This document shows, piece after piece, positions 13,371-27,218 of a stretch of 64,000 nucleotides of DNA (its first letter is position 1; each line of letters opens with the position of its first letter). The notes beneath the pieces are model-generated. The model was given only the letters and a program-made list of their open reading frames with translations, searched no databases and was not told where the DNA came from. Source of the stretch: Neocallimastix sp. 'constans' (lineage: Eukaryota); assembly GCA_050613775.1 (NCBI GenBank), contig JBODTK010000104.1:186001-250000 (forward strand), written 5' to 3'. The translations under genes and the position numbers were made by a program.

Positions 13371-15929
13371 AATAATATATAATAAAAACTATTTTTAATA
13401 TAAAAAATTTTTTTGAAATATTTAGATTTTATGATATAAAATAACAATTATTAATTAGTTGTTTTAAACAATATTTTGATAAACTTCATCTTAATAGGAT
13501 AAAGATTTGTTTTAAATTTTTCATGTATAATTAAAATTAGTTATAATTCTTATTCAATAAAATTAATTATAAAATAGAAATACAGCTTTCTATTGATAAT
13601 AGTAAAATAAAAATAATACTATTTTTAATATTATTAATACTTTTTTTTTCTATTTTAGAATCTATTATGAATATATTTTGATTATTTATTTATTTTCAAT
13701 ATTTTTCATTAATTATGTTTCCCTAAAACTTTTATATATTTAAAAAATATGCTTATAAAGTTTGATGAAATGTTCTTTTTTCATTAAAAATCAGAAAAAA
13801 AAAAATTAAAATAATATTTTTATATTATTAATAATTAATTATAATAATAATTTCATATTATATGTTATAAAAAAAAAAATTAATTTTATTTCTAATTAAT
13901 TATAAAAAAAAAAAATTAATTTTATTTCTAATTAATTATCTCCAGAAGATTATTGATATATTGGCTATTAATTTTTTTCAATGAAGAAAATACTGACATA
14001 TTAAGATATAGAGTTTAGTATTTATTAATATGATAGAAAAATGTATTATAGATTAACAAATATTATTTATTTATTTTATTAATTTATTTATTTATTTTAT
14101 TTTATTTTATTCAATATGTACTTTATATTCATTCTACTATTTATTTTATTTTATTTTTTTTTTATTTTAAATCTAAGCATAAAATAATAAAAAATATTAG
14201 ATAAATTAAAATAAAATATTATGAATAAAAAAAAAAAGATTACTTTTATAATTATAATTATTTATTAATTATAATTAGTTTTTATAAATGAATGGATGAA
14301 TGTATAAATATAATTATTTATCTATACATTCTTTTCATTATATTTAAAAAAATTATTTAATCCTTCTTTAACCATTATTTATTTCATTTTATGATATTTC
14401 ATTTATTTATTATATATCATATTTATTCATTTATTTTATATATTATTTATTTACATATTTATTTATTTATATTGTACTGTATTGAATATTTTTAATATAT
14501 AATAGAGTTTATCATGAATAAGGTTGATTCATATAACATACTTTTAAATAATTAAGTTCTAATTCGTTAAAAAATTGATCATTACTTTATTATAATTATT
14601 ATTCATGTATAAAAAAACAGAGAACATTTTTATTATTTAATTATTTAATTATGTAATTGTTTAATTATTTAATTATTTAATTATGTAATTGTTTAATTAT
14701 TTAATTATTTAATACTTATTAATTATTATTACCTATTACTTATTACTTATTTATTATTTAAAGTGTTATTATTTATTATTTAAAGTGTTATTATTTATTA
14801 TTTATTATTTATTATTCAAGTATTTTTTATTCAATTATTATTTATTATTATTTAAAATATTCTATTCGAATAAGTTATATTCATTCATATATTCAAATAT
14901 TAAAATTATCACTTTTAGAATTTTTTTTTTCATTCTTTTCCTTTTTGTCAATAGTATTATAATTATTTATAGTAACTGTAATATTTTTAATTATTAATTT
15001 TTTTAATATATAAATTAGAATAATTCTTATTTTTTCAGAGTTATCTATAATATTTTTAATTACTGTATTTTTAAAAATTAATTACCTTTTAAAAATAAAG
15101 TGAAACTTTATTGCGTATTTTTTTAAATCTTTTTACACTTTTTATTTTTCTTTTGTTACAGTTTTTCTTCTTATTTTTTATATTCCTTCCATTTATAATT
15201 TTATTTTTCATTTATCTTATTTTATTTTGTTTTATTATCTTTTCTTTTCCTTTTATTTCCTCTTTTTTTTTTCATTTTCTTCTTTACTTTTCTTTCAATT
15301 TTAAAACGGTCAAAGGCATTAATATTATTAATTTATTAATGCCTTTCTTGTTACAGAAAAGTAAAAAATTAAAAATAAAATAAAAAATTATAAAATTATA
15401 AAAAATTAAAAAATTAAAAAATTAAAAAATTAAAAAAAAATTAATTAAAGTTAAGGTAATATATTTGATTATAATGTAATATATGGAGTTATGTACTCCA
15501 TTAATATATAATTAGGGTGTATTTTAATAACTGTGTAACCCATTTTATCTTTTATATGAAAAGCTTATAATATATAATAATTTAATAAACTATTAATATA
15601 TAAATGATTGATATGAACGGTAAATATAATAAATAATTAATAATTATCAATTTAAATGAAATTTAATATAGAGTTTTTTATAGTATTAAATAAAATAAGA
15701 TTTAATATAAATAATATATTGTTATTTAATAATAATAATATATTAGAGTTAATTACTTTTATATTAAAAAAGTAATAAAAAAAAAGATGAAACTAAAAAA
15801 GTATTAATTTATTCGAACTAAAAAAAAAAAATTTAATATTAATATTTTGTATATAAAAAAAAAATTTAAAACAAAAATTTAAAAATGTAACTATTATTTA
15901 CCTTTTTATTATTTATTATTCAATTAATT

Positions 15930-16290
15930 ATTATTTATTATTTATTATTTATTATTTATTATTCAATTATTTATTATTTATTATTTATTATTTATTATTT
16001 ATTATTTATTATTTATTATTTATTATTTATTATTTATTATTTATTATTTATTATTTATTATTTATTATTTATTATTTATTATTTATTATTTATTATTTAT
16101 TATTTATTATTTATTATTTATTATTTATTATTTATTATTTATTATTTATTATTTATTATTTATTATTTATTATTTATTATTTATTATTTATTATTTATTA
16201 TTTATTATTTATTATTTATTATTTATTATTTATTATTTATTATTTATTATTTATTATTTATTATTTATTATTTATTATTATTTATTATTT
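15930..16290. repeat. (TTATTTA)n heptamer array
   Basis: Near-perfect tandem 7-mer. Confidence 0.95.
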
Positions 16291-17141
16291 ATGATTCAGT
16301 ATATAATAATTTATTATTTAATCATTCATAATAATTCGTTAAATGTAAAAATGAGTAATAATAAATATTATATTATTTAAAGTTTTCTATATTTAATTAT
16401 GAATTTTTCTATTTTAATATAATTTTAATATTTAAAAGTGTATATTAAAAAAAATAATAATTAATTTGTATATATATATTTATATATATATTTAGAAAAA
16501 AAAAAAAAAAAAAAAAGGCAAATCTTTAAAGATAAAAAATATATATATTTCCCTTTTTCTGTTATTGTTTAAGATGTAATCTTTTTTTTTTTTTTTTTAT
16601 TATTTATAAAGATTAATAATATAATACTTAATCTTATAAATGAGAAAATGAGAAAAAAAAAAAAAAAAAGGTAAAAGTAAATAAAGTAAATCGAAATTTC
16701 AAATAATAATGTTTTGTATGTTTTGTTACTTTTAAAACATATTAAGAATAAATATGAATGTTTTATATTTTAAAAATCAAGTTTAATTTTAATAAAAAAA
16801 TAATATATATATGTAAAAAGTTCAAATATATTAAAAAAAAAAAAAAAAAGAAAAACTCTATATATATTTAAAAACAAGAATAAAATAAAAATACTAAAAA
16901 TAACAAATTTTATTACTTTATTAAATATTAAATGAAAGAAGATTAAAATAAAATAAAATAATAATAAATAATTATTTTGTAGTTTCATAATAAATAAACG
17001 TTTTCACATTAAATTAGAATTTTATAATACAGAACTTTTATTTGTATTTGTAACAATAAAACAGAATCAAAATTGTTTTTTGACAAAATATATAAAAGTC
17101 ATTTTATTGTTTTTATTGTCTGGACACAATATTCAATAAAT

Positions 17142-17745
17142 ATGTCTATCATTAAATGCATATTCTTATGTCTTTTATATTTAACATATATAAAAGTTTC
17201 AACTGAAATAATTATAGGAGGAGATAGTAAACTGTATGATAGTTTGACTAAATCTCAATATAAAGTTGGTGAAGAAGTAGTATTTTTTAAATATACAAAT
17301 ATAAAAGGTGTTATAAGTAATGAATGTATTACTGTGTATGATCATACTCTTTATTTTTCAGATAATAGTCCTGTTTCTGATGTAGACTTTTATTTTAAAA
17401 CAAAGGATACTATTGTTGCTATTATACCTGATGTTCCACCTGGTGAAGATTATTCAATAGCTTTTAAAATTTCACCAAATTCTGATAGCTATTTATATTC
17501 AAAACGTTTTAATATTATTCCTGGTGGTAAGGTTAAAAAGTTACCAACAATGAAGGATGCATGTGGCATTAAAAGAGTTTCAATTTTTGGTGAAGTTGTT
17601 GTTCCAAGTTCCAAAACAGTTAAAGGTAAATATAGTTTTATTATTTTTATTTTAATTATTTTTACTTTTTTTAATATTTTTTATTTTTAATTTTACATTA
17701 TATTATTACTATTTTAATTTTTTATTTCATTTTATTATGGATTGG

Positions 17746-17795
<50 letters not shown>

Positions 17796-17822
17796 TTTAA
17801 TTTAAAAAAAAAATAAAAAAAA

Positions 17823-17859
<37 letters not shown>

Positions 17860-20296
17860 AAATAAAATAAAATAAAATAAAATAAAAAATGAGAAATTTA
17901 AATCAATTTATAAAAACAAAAAAATCAATATTATTGTATTCCTTGATATTAATAATACTTATATAATTATTAAACATATACATTTAAACTAAGCAAATAA
18001 ACAAACTTCAAAAGCAAGTAAAGCAAGTAAATATATACTTTATTATTAAAAGAAATTATTTATTACATATTATAAATAAAATATAATTATTAATCATATA
18101 TATTATATATTTAAAACAAAGCAAATAAACAAACTTCAAAAACAATTATAGCAAGTAAATATATATATTATTATTAATTAGATATTATAAATAAAATTAA
18201 AAATTATTATACTTTAATTTTTATAAAATTTGATTTTATAAAAAAAAATATTATTATTAAACAATTACAAATAAAATATTTAAAATTAAGAAAAAAAAAA
18301 AAAAAAAAAAAAAAAAGATATCTATAGTATAAAAATATAAAAATAAAATTTAGAAATTATTTATATTAATTATATAATATATATTGTTAATATACGAATA
18401 TCTAATTATTTAAAATGTTATAAATTATAGGTAAAACAATCACTACTTCTATTACAACATCATCTACTACAGGTAATTAACTATTTAATATAATCAGTAT
18501 TATTAATAATAATAAAATATTAATTTAATAATTTAATAAATATTTTTAAATTATTTAAATTTATATAAATATTCTTAGCTTCAGTTACCTCAACCGAAAC
18601 AGCACAAAAATCACAAAATTCAAATAATAAATATAATGAAAAAATGACTAGTGTAGATAATGAAGTTAAAGCTACCTCTGATAATTTGAAACAAAATTCC
18701 CAAAGTAATGAAAATAAATCAAATTGGTTAAATCATCTCATAGTATTTGTGTAAGTTCTTTTTTTTTTTTTTTTTTTTTTATTTTATTTTATTTTATTTT
18801 ATTTTATTTTATTTTGTTTTATTTTATTTTATTTTATTTTATTTTATTTTATTTTATTTTATTTTATTTTATTTTATTTTATTTTATTTTATTTTATTTT
18901 ATTTTATTTTATTTTATTTTATTTTATTTTATTTTATTTTATTTTATTTTATTTTATTCAATCTGTACTTCATATTTAATATTCTACTATTTATTTTATT
19001 TTATTTTATTTTATTTTATTTTATTTTATTTTATTTTATTTTATTTTATTTTATTTTATTTTATTTTATTTTATTTTATTTTATTTTATTTTATTTTATT
19101 TTATTTTATTTTATTTTATTTTATTTTGTTTTATTTTATTTTATTTTATTTTATTTTATTTTATTTTATTTTATTTTATTTTATTCAATCTGTACTTCAT
19201 ATTTAATATTCTACTATTTATTTTATTTTATTTTATTTTATTTTATTTTATTTTATTTTATTTTATTTTATCTTATTTTATTTTATTTTATTTTATTTTA
19301 TTTTATTTTATTTTATTTTATTTTATTTTATTTTATTTTATTTTATTTTATTTTATTTTATTTTATTTTATTTTATTTTATTTTATTTTATTTTATTTTT
19401 TATTATTATCATTATCATCTTGATTTAATTTTAATATAATTTTAAAAAAATTTTTTTTATAAAATAAAAAATAAAAATTCTTATTACTTTTTCTTTTATT
19501 TAAATTAAATACATTGTTTCTAAAATCATTATTTGAATATTTTATATATTGTTCATATTGCTTTAATAAATACTAAAATAATATAATAATAATAATAATA
19601 ATAATTAGTACGGGTGTTTGTTTCTGTGGATTATTTGTTATTGGTTATTCTTATGTTAATAAAAAAGGGAAAAAAGAAAAGAGTGTAATATCAGAAAATA
19701 GATATTATGATGATAAAATGAATGGCTATATTTCATTACCAAAAGAAAGTAATAATAATAATATAGCATTTACTATTCTATCAGATAATGAATACAAACA
19801 AAATATTAAGAATAACAATTATAAGGATCTTAATCATAATCATTCAATAGATATTAGAAATATAAATGTGAATGATTATGTTGCATCTGACGTTATACCC
19901 AATAAATTTAATAATGCTAGAAATGATAACAATAATGTAGATGCCAAATTACTATCATCACCTCAATTAGATAAAAGATTTACTCTACTAAGTAATGCTT
20001 CGCTTGTTCCCTCTAGTCATTTATTTTCAAGTGCGACAAGCACTTCACTACAAAACTATCCGGTAAATTCACCATCAGTAAATGTATTGGAACCTATTGA
20101 AACACCATCTACAGAAATTAAATTTGTTGCTACTTCATCCTATCAACCAAAAAATAATAATGAAATTTCTATTTCTACCTTGGATATTATTTATGTTGTT
20201 GGGTATATTGATGAAGAATATGCTCAAATTCTTAATATTACCACTAATAATTATGGTATTATTTCAATTAGTGAATTAAATAAAATTCAGCCCTAA
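17142..20296 (+). CDS. Putative type-I membrane protein: signal peptide, Kre9/Knh1-N-like extracellular domain, Ser/Thr linker, TM helix, cytoplasmic degenerate SH3-like domain. Exons 17142-17625, 17994-18026, 18122-18154, 18431-18472, 18579-18750, 19609-20296
   Basis: All exons are phase-compatible with GT-AG. Translation gives MSIIKCIFLCLLYLTYIKVS (signal-like), IPDVPPGEDYSI...YLYSKRFNI, LIVFVTGVCFCGLFVIGYSYV followed by KKGKK (TM plus basic stop), and FVATSSYQPKNNNEISISTLDIIYV...GII (SH3-like). Domain names are by eye. Confidence 0.72.
18778..19400. repeat. Intronic (ATTTT)n microsatellite with a duplicated interruption
   Basis: Long pentamer array. The interruption CAATCTGTACTTCATATTTAATATTCTAC occurs twice, near 18959 and 19186. 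Confidence 0.95.
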
Positions 20297-20889
20297 AAAT
20301 TGATTTTTTAGTTTAGTAATATAAAAAATAATGACTTAAAAAAAAAATAGTGTAAAAAAATAAAAATGATATACCCATATCAATTTTTTTTATTTATATT
20401 TATATTTATTTTTATTTTTTTAATGTACTATAATAAAATAAAATACGATAACAATGAAATAAAAATAAAGTAAAAGATAAAAAAAAATAATAATAATAAT
20501 TATAATGCTATAAAAGGAACTTGAATTTTAATATTTCATAGGATTAAATATTAATAATTTTATATATATATATATTATTTTTTATTTTATTCCTTTAATA
20601 ATAAGTATTATTATTATTTATTTATTTTTAGTATTTATTATTATTATTTATTTATTTTTAGTATTTATTATTATTTTATTATTTATTATTATTATTTATT
20701 TATTTTTAGTATTTATTATTATTTTATTATTTATTATTATTATTTATTTATTTTTAGTATTTATTATTATTTTATTATTTATTATTATTAGTATTTATTA
20801 GTATTTATTATTATTTTATTATAAATTTATAAAATAACATATAATAAAAAAGTTTTTAACCAAAAAGATATATTTTGCTTTTTTAACTA

Positions 20890-22514
20890 AAACCAATGAA
20901 CTTCCAATCTCCTCCAAACTATAGTGACCCAACCTTCTATTTAGGAATGAATGCTATTCCTAAAGTTTCTAGTTATATTTATCTTGGTATTCCTTTCTCT
21001 GATGATCTCTTACTAGAACACATTATATCTCACATGCATTTTAAAGTTAGAAAATCCCTTCTTTCATTTACACATTTCTTCTCAAATAAACTTATCCCTA
21101 TTGCATACAAGAAAAAAGTTCTTCAATCCTTTGTTATTAGTAAAGTAATTTATTATTCTCCTTTACTTGGTTCAAACAAATCTAGAACGGCCAGAATTCA
21201 AACATTAATTAATACTGGTCTATTTTGGTGTATCGGCTCCTTCTCTAAAAATGGTAAAACAAGTTCAGAAGACAATGACTATATTAGACATAATTCTACT
21301 ATGAGTACTTATGCTTTATCTCGAGATCTAAGCATTCCTCCTATTGCTGGTGTCTGCGCAGCCTTACAGATTAAATCTTTTGTAAAATGGAGTAAATCAA
21401 ACTGTATTATAAAGGATCTTATTAAATCTATTCCCAAAATGCATCATTATTCCTGGACTAAAGAATCAAGAACACTGTATAAAAAAATCAAAAAATATAA
21501 ATGTGAAAAATATGACGATATTTTAGAGCGTTACTGGAAATCAGTTTCCAAATTTCAAGGTATTAAAGGTCAAAATTACGATTGTAATAAGTTCTCAAAC
21601 AATAAAGCTATAATTATGCTTAGCTTAAAATATCCCCAATTCAACTTAGGGTTTTCGTGGATTATACGTTTACGCTGTGGTTATAAATACAATACTACTA
21701 TTGCTATTAGAATGGGTAGAGTTTCAGAAGATTGTCCAAAGTCTTGCCCCTGTTGTGGCGAAGATAAACAATCTTTTGAACATTGGATTTTTAAATGCGA
21801 TGCTCTTGCATCTTTTAGATGGAATTCTTTAAATTTCATCGATGATCTCTATGTTTTATTCCTTAGGAAGATTAGAGCGTTTAATCCTCTTTCTTCCTAT
21901 GACTCTATTTCTAATTTTGAAGATTATATCAATCATTATATATATTTGTTCCTTCTTGGTGGGACTTTAGTTTTAAATGAGCTACATTTCGATAGTGGGG
22001 AACAGAGACAATTAAATGAACTACTTTTCAAAGGTTCATCTGAGTCACCTGTTCCAAAAATTGTGGGCTTGGCGGAGTTCTTAACAAGTGCAATACCTAT
22101 CATAAGTAGTTCGTTTGAGCTATTATTTGATAGGTATTGCAAAATACCAAACTTATCCAAGAGCGTCGACGTCGTACTGATAAGGCATAATGATAATACA
22201 GGATCGTCATCTATTTCTACGAAGGATGAATCTTGCCCTAGTAGTTCAATAAATGATGAATCCGGGGAGAGTTTAGTGGACACCACACTATCTATTTTAA
22301 AGATGTTACTTCTAGGTTTTATTTCTTTTTTATTTGATAGGAAGGGGAAAATTCCCGCATAGTACAACTTGCCGAAATACATAGTATTTTCGAGCTTTTT
22401 ATTTTTTTTTTATTTTTTAAATTTTTTATTTTTAATTTTCAAATGTACTTTTCACCTACATGTATTTTTTAAAATAAAATTTAATAAAGTTTTGGAAGTG
22501 TATTCTCTTCCTTG

Positions 22515-22578
<64 letters not shown>
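20890..22578 (+). mobile_element. 5'-truncated non-LTR retrotransposon with poly(A) tail and 13-bp target-site duplication
   Basis: GCTTTTTTAACTA occurs at 20877-20889 and again at 22579-22591. About 60 nt of poly(A) ends at 22578. The element is intronless, higher in GC, and contains an open ORF2 C-terminus. Confidence 0.93.
20896..22362 (+). CDS. C-terminal fragment of LINE ORF2 (RT thumb region plus CCHC zinc knuckle); lacks endonuclease and RT catalytic core
   Basis: YIYLGIPF matches the end-of-RT YxYLG motif. RLRCG...CPCCGEDKQSFEHWIFKC matches the zf-RVT-like CCHC. No YxDD motif is present. Confidence 0.85.
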   Translation: MNFQSPPNYSDPTFYLGMNAIPKVSSYIYLGIPFSDDLLLEHIISHMHFKVRKSLLSFTHFFSNKLIPIAYKKKVLQSFVISKVIYYSPLLGSNKSRTARIQTLINTGLFWCIGSFSKNGKTSSEDNDYIRHNSTMSTYALSRDLSIPPIAGVCAALQIKSFVKWSKSNCIIKDLIKSIPKMHHYSWTKESRTLYKKIKKYKCEKYDDILERYWKSVSKFQGIKGQNYDCNKFSNNKAIIMLSLKYPQFNLGFSWIIRLRCGYKYNTTIAIRMGRVSEDCPKSCPCCGEDKQSFEHWIFKCDALASFRWNSLNFIDDLYVLFLRKIRAFNPLSSYDSISNFEDYINHYIYLFLLGGTLVLNELHFDSGEQRQLNELLFKGSSESPVPKIVGLAEFLTSAIPIISSSFELLFDRYCKIPNLSKSVDVVLIRHNDNTGSSSISTKDESCPSSSINDESGESLVDTTLSILKMLLLGFISFLFDRKGKIPA

Positions 22579-22581
<3 letters not shown>

Positions 22582-22959
22582 TTTTTAACTATATTAATAA
22601 TTTACATAGATATTTAGAAATTGCATCTAAATATTTATAGTTATAATATCATAAATATCATAAATATATGTAAATTTTTTAATGATTACATTAAAATGTT
22701 TTTATAGTTTTATATATATAAATTATTAATTAATATTTATTATTTTGTTATTATTTATTATATTAATATTTAAAAAAAATTAATTACTTTATAATATTAA
22801 TTAATAATTATAATAAATAATAATATTGATTTTATAAAAAGAAAATTATTATTATGTATTAAATAAATATTTATCTACTTATTATTTATCTATTTATTTA
22901 TTTATTTATTTATTGATTATTGATTATTGATTATTGATTATTGATTATATACTTCTAAT

Positions 22960-23222
22960 TATTTATTATTTATTATTTATTATTATTATTTCATTATTTA
23001 TTATTTATTATTATTATTTATTATTTATTATTTATTATTTATTATTTATTATTTATTATTTATTATTTATTATTTATTATTTATTATTTATTATTTATTA
23101 TTTATTATTTATTATTTATTATTTATTATTTATTATTTATTATTTATTATTTATTATTTATTATTTATTATTTATTATTTATTATTTATTATTTATTATT
23201 TATTATTTATTATTTATTATTT
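22960..23222. repeat. (TTATTTA)n heptamer array
   Basis: Tandem 7-mer. Confidence 0.95.
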
Positions 23223-25043
23223 AATTTTTATTATTTATTTATTAGTTTAATTATAATTGTACATTATTATAGATTTCTGTACAGAATTTTATAAATTATG
23301 GATGATACTATTTATATTTATGATAAATTGATTATTAAATATAAATCAGAATTTTACAATATATTACAATAATATTGTAATATAAATTAATACAATATTA
23401 AATATCAGTTGTTTAAAAAAAAAAAAATGTATTAATAAATATAAAAAAGTAATCATAGACCTAAATTTTAAATAATCCTTTTATTTTAAGTAATAAAATA
23501 AAAAAATAAAGAAATTGTAATATAGATGAAAAATATATCAATATTACATTATTTTACATTTGAAATTCGATATTTAATATAATAATTATTATATTTATCT
23601 TATTTTCTAAAATAAATTGTTATTTTTTTATTTTTATTTATTTATTTTTATTTTAATTTTTTTTTTTTTTTTTTTTTTATTATATATATATTATTAAATA
23701 ATAATAACAAAAGAAAAGAAATAATTAAAATAATAATAATAATAATAATAATAAGCGTCATAATTATATAAATTTCATATATATAACTTTATTTCTTTAT
23801 TTTTTTTAAAACATTTATCAATTAATATTTTGTTATTCGTTTAATTAAATCCTTTCTTTTTTTTCAATAATTATTTTTAGGTAAAGCAAATTTTATCATA
23901 TATATATTATTATAAAATATTTAATAAATACAAAAAAAAATAAAAAAAAAAAAAAATAAAAAAAATAAAAAATAAAAAATAAAAAATAAAACAAATAATA
24001 ATATAATTACATTATAATTATACAATACTAAATTGAAATTGGTCAGGACTAAAAATTCAATATAAGAAATCAATATAAATAAAATGAAATCATTTCAAAT
24101 ATAATAAAATTTATATAAATAATGATTAAGATAAAAAAAAAATAATTAGTTATACTGTAATACTAAAATTTATTAAAATATTAAATAATATTAAATTAAT
24201 CTAATATTAACTGAATATCATACTTTTTTTTTTTTTTTATTTGGATGAGTATTCAGTTTATATATGAATATATATACAATTTTATGATTTATTTTTATAT
24301 TTTACTTAATATTTATTAATAATTATGTAAATAATAATAATATTAAACATTAAGCATAATATACAGAGAAATAATAATAGTAATGCAATTAGATATATAA
24401 ATGTTAATTTTATAATTATGGCAACTATAAAATAAAATAAAATAAAATAAAATAAAATAAAATAAAAATCAAATGATAATAATTAATAAATAATATCATA
24501 TTTAATAAAATCATTAATCATTATATTTAATTTATAATATTACAATGTATTTATATTTTTATTTATACTAATGTTTTTTTCTTTTTTCTTTCTATTTCAT
24601 TTATTTATTTCTTTAATTAAATTATATTATTTATATAAATATATATATTAATATTAAAAAAAATTAGCAATAAATATAATTAACCGAAAGAATCTCAAGA
24701 TTTAATTAATGATAAAAATTTATATATAAATCAAATACCAAATAATTTATAAAATTATCCTTTTTTTTTTATTTTTTTTTTTTTTTTTCATTTTTTTATT
24801 TTTCATTTTTTTTATATTTTATATATGTTTATTTAATAAAAGTGTTTTACTTACAATTTATAAATCAGTACTTTTATGTGTATAAAATTATTTGGAATAA
24901 CATTTGTTAATATTAATACAAATAAAAAAAAAAAAACAATAATAACTCAATAAAAATTTCATATCACATACTTACACACATTCATAAATAGACATTTTTT
25001 TAACCTTAAAAGTAATCAGTTAATTCTTTATATTTCTATTGAA

Positions 25044-25690
25044 ATGGAAATGAATCAAAATTTAAATGAACTTCGTGATATCTCTTCAATCTCCATATAT
25101 CCAAATCCAGAACACATCGATCTCTCCAATAAACATGATTCTGAACAAATCGTAGATATTAGTCCAAATAGAAGATATGCTAAGGTAAAAAATATATATA
25201 TATATATATGATTTGATTATCAGTTTTATAATCGAAATTTATTGAATATATAGTATTTAATAATAAAAATAAATAAATTTTATTAATCTATTTAGAAATA
25301 ATATTTTATATATTTTATAATTCATAATTATAAAAGTACTAAATAATTTAATAAATAATTCAATTAATTAGTATAATTTATAATTACATTTAATAGTTTT
25401 AATTTTGTTATTAATAAATAAATGTTAGAAAAAAAACAAGAAAACCAAATAAAATAAAATAAAATAAAGTTTATTTATAACGTCTTTTTAATTAAATAAA
25501 TATACTTTTTTTAAAAAAAAAAATAATAATAATAATAATAATAATAAAATAATACATAAACGAATGAATTTTAGTTAAATTGCATTCTTGGTAAAGGTGC
25601 ATACAAAACTGTATATAAAGCTCTCGATTGGGAAGAAGGATTTGAAGTTGCCTGGAGTAGTACTCAGGTAAGACATTGAAAAACAAAACA

Positions 25691-25741
<51 letters not shown>

Positions 25742-26511
25742 TTAATTCCTTAAAAAATTATAATAAATAAATAAATTTCAAATGTTATTTTATTTTGTTC
25801 TATTAATTTAAATATATTTAAATATTAAATAATAATAATAATTAAATAATAATAAAGACCTCAAAAGCACAATATATGGAATTAAATGAAGAAATTGAAA
25901 TTCTTAAACGTGTTAGACATCCAAATATTATCAATTTCCATGTAAGTTTTTTTTTTTTTTTTTTTTTTTTTTGAATAACGAATAACTCACTTGATAAAAA
26001 TTTTATATAAAATAAATAGAAAAAAATAGATAAATAAAATAGTTTACTAACTTTTATAATATAATTACTACTAATAATATTTAAATGAATTATATATTAT
26101 TATATTGTATTATTATTATTAATATTAATATTAATATGGACTAATAGGATTGCTGGTACAATAATAATGAAATTATATTTATTACCGAATTAATGACATC
26201 TGGAACGTTAAGAGAGTAAACATAATAAAAATAGCAACAACAATAACAGCATTAACAATAATAATTATTATTATAAGAAAAAAAAGAAAAAAAAAAAGAA
26301 AAAGAAAAAATGAAGATTTATTATTAATTAATGAATTAATATATTTATTATAACATATACATATATATAAATTTTATTTATTACAATAAATAGATATATC
26401 CAAAAATTACAAGTTCCATACTTGAAAATAATAAAACGTTGGTCAAGACAAATTCTTAAAGGTTTATATTACCTTCACTCTCACGATCCACCAATTGTTC
26501 ATAGAGATATT

Positions 26512-26542
<31 letters not shown>

Positions 26543-27173
26543 TTATCAAAATTTAAAATTAAAAAATTCATCTATGAATTAGCAATGTATATAAATAATA
26601 ACACACATATATATATTTGTATATTTTATAATTTTATATTTTAGTGTGATAACATTTTTATTAATGGTGCACATGGTGAAGTTAAAATTGGAGATATGGG
26701 TACTGCAAAAATGAAATTAGGAAAGAATTATACAGTTATTGGTACTCCAGGTAAAAATACATGATATATTCACATTGATATTATTTTATATAAGAAATTA
26801 ATAAAAATAATAAATATATTTATATATATATTTAAATTTATAAAAAATTAAAATATATATTTACTTTGAAATTGTTAATTTTATATAGAATTTATTGCTC
26901 CAGAAATGTATGAAGAAAAGGGCTACAATGAAAAGGTTGATGTTTATGCTTTTGGAATGTGTCTTTTAGAAATGGTAAAATATATATATATATATATTTT
27001 ATTCTATTATTATTCTATTATTATTATTATATTATGATATTGAATATAAAATATTCCCAATATAAATAACAATAATAATACTAATAATAATAATATATAT
27101 ATATATATAATGAAATTTTAATAATTATTATAAATTATATATGTTTTCAATATTATAAATTTTTAATATAATG

Positions 27174-27218
<45 letters not shown>

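Noticed and set aside
18724..19439. Long ORFs of FYFIL, YYLLFII, YYIIL and poly-N/I/L/Y type, here and at 12973, 22934, 38031, 47479, 50710 and 51929-52362
   Set aside because: These are translations of stop-free microsatellites and homopolymers, not genes.
21936..22382. 148-aa antisense ORF in the LINE
   Set aside because: No recognisable motif. Best explained as a shadow of the sense ORF.
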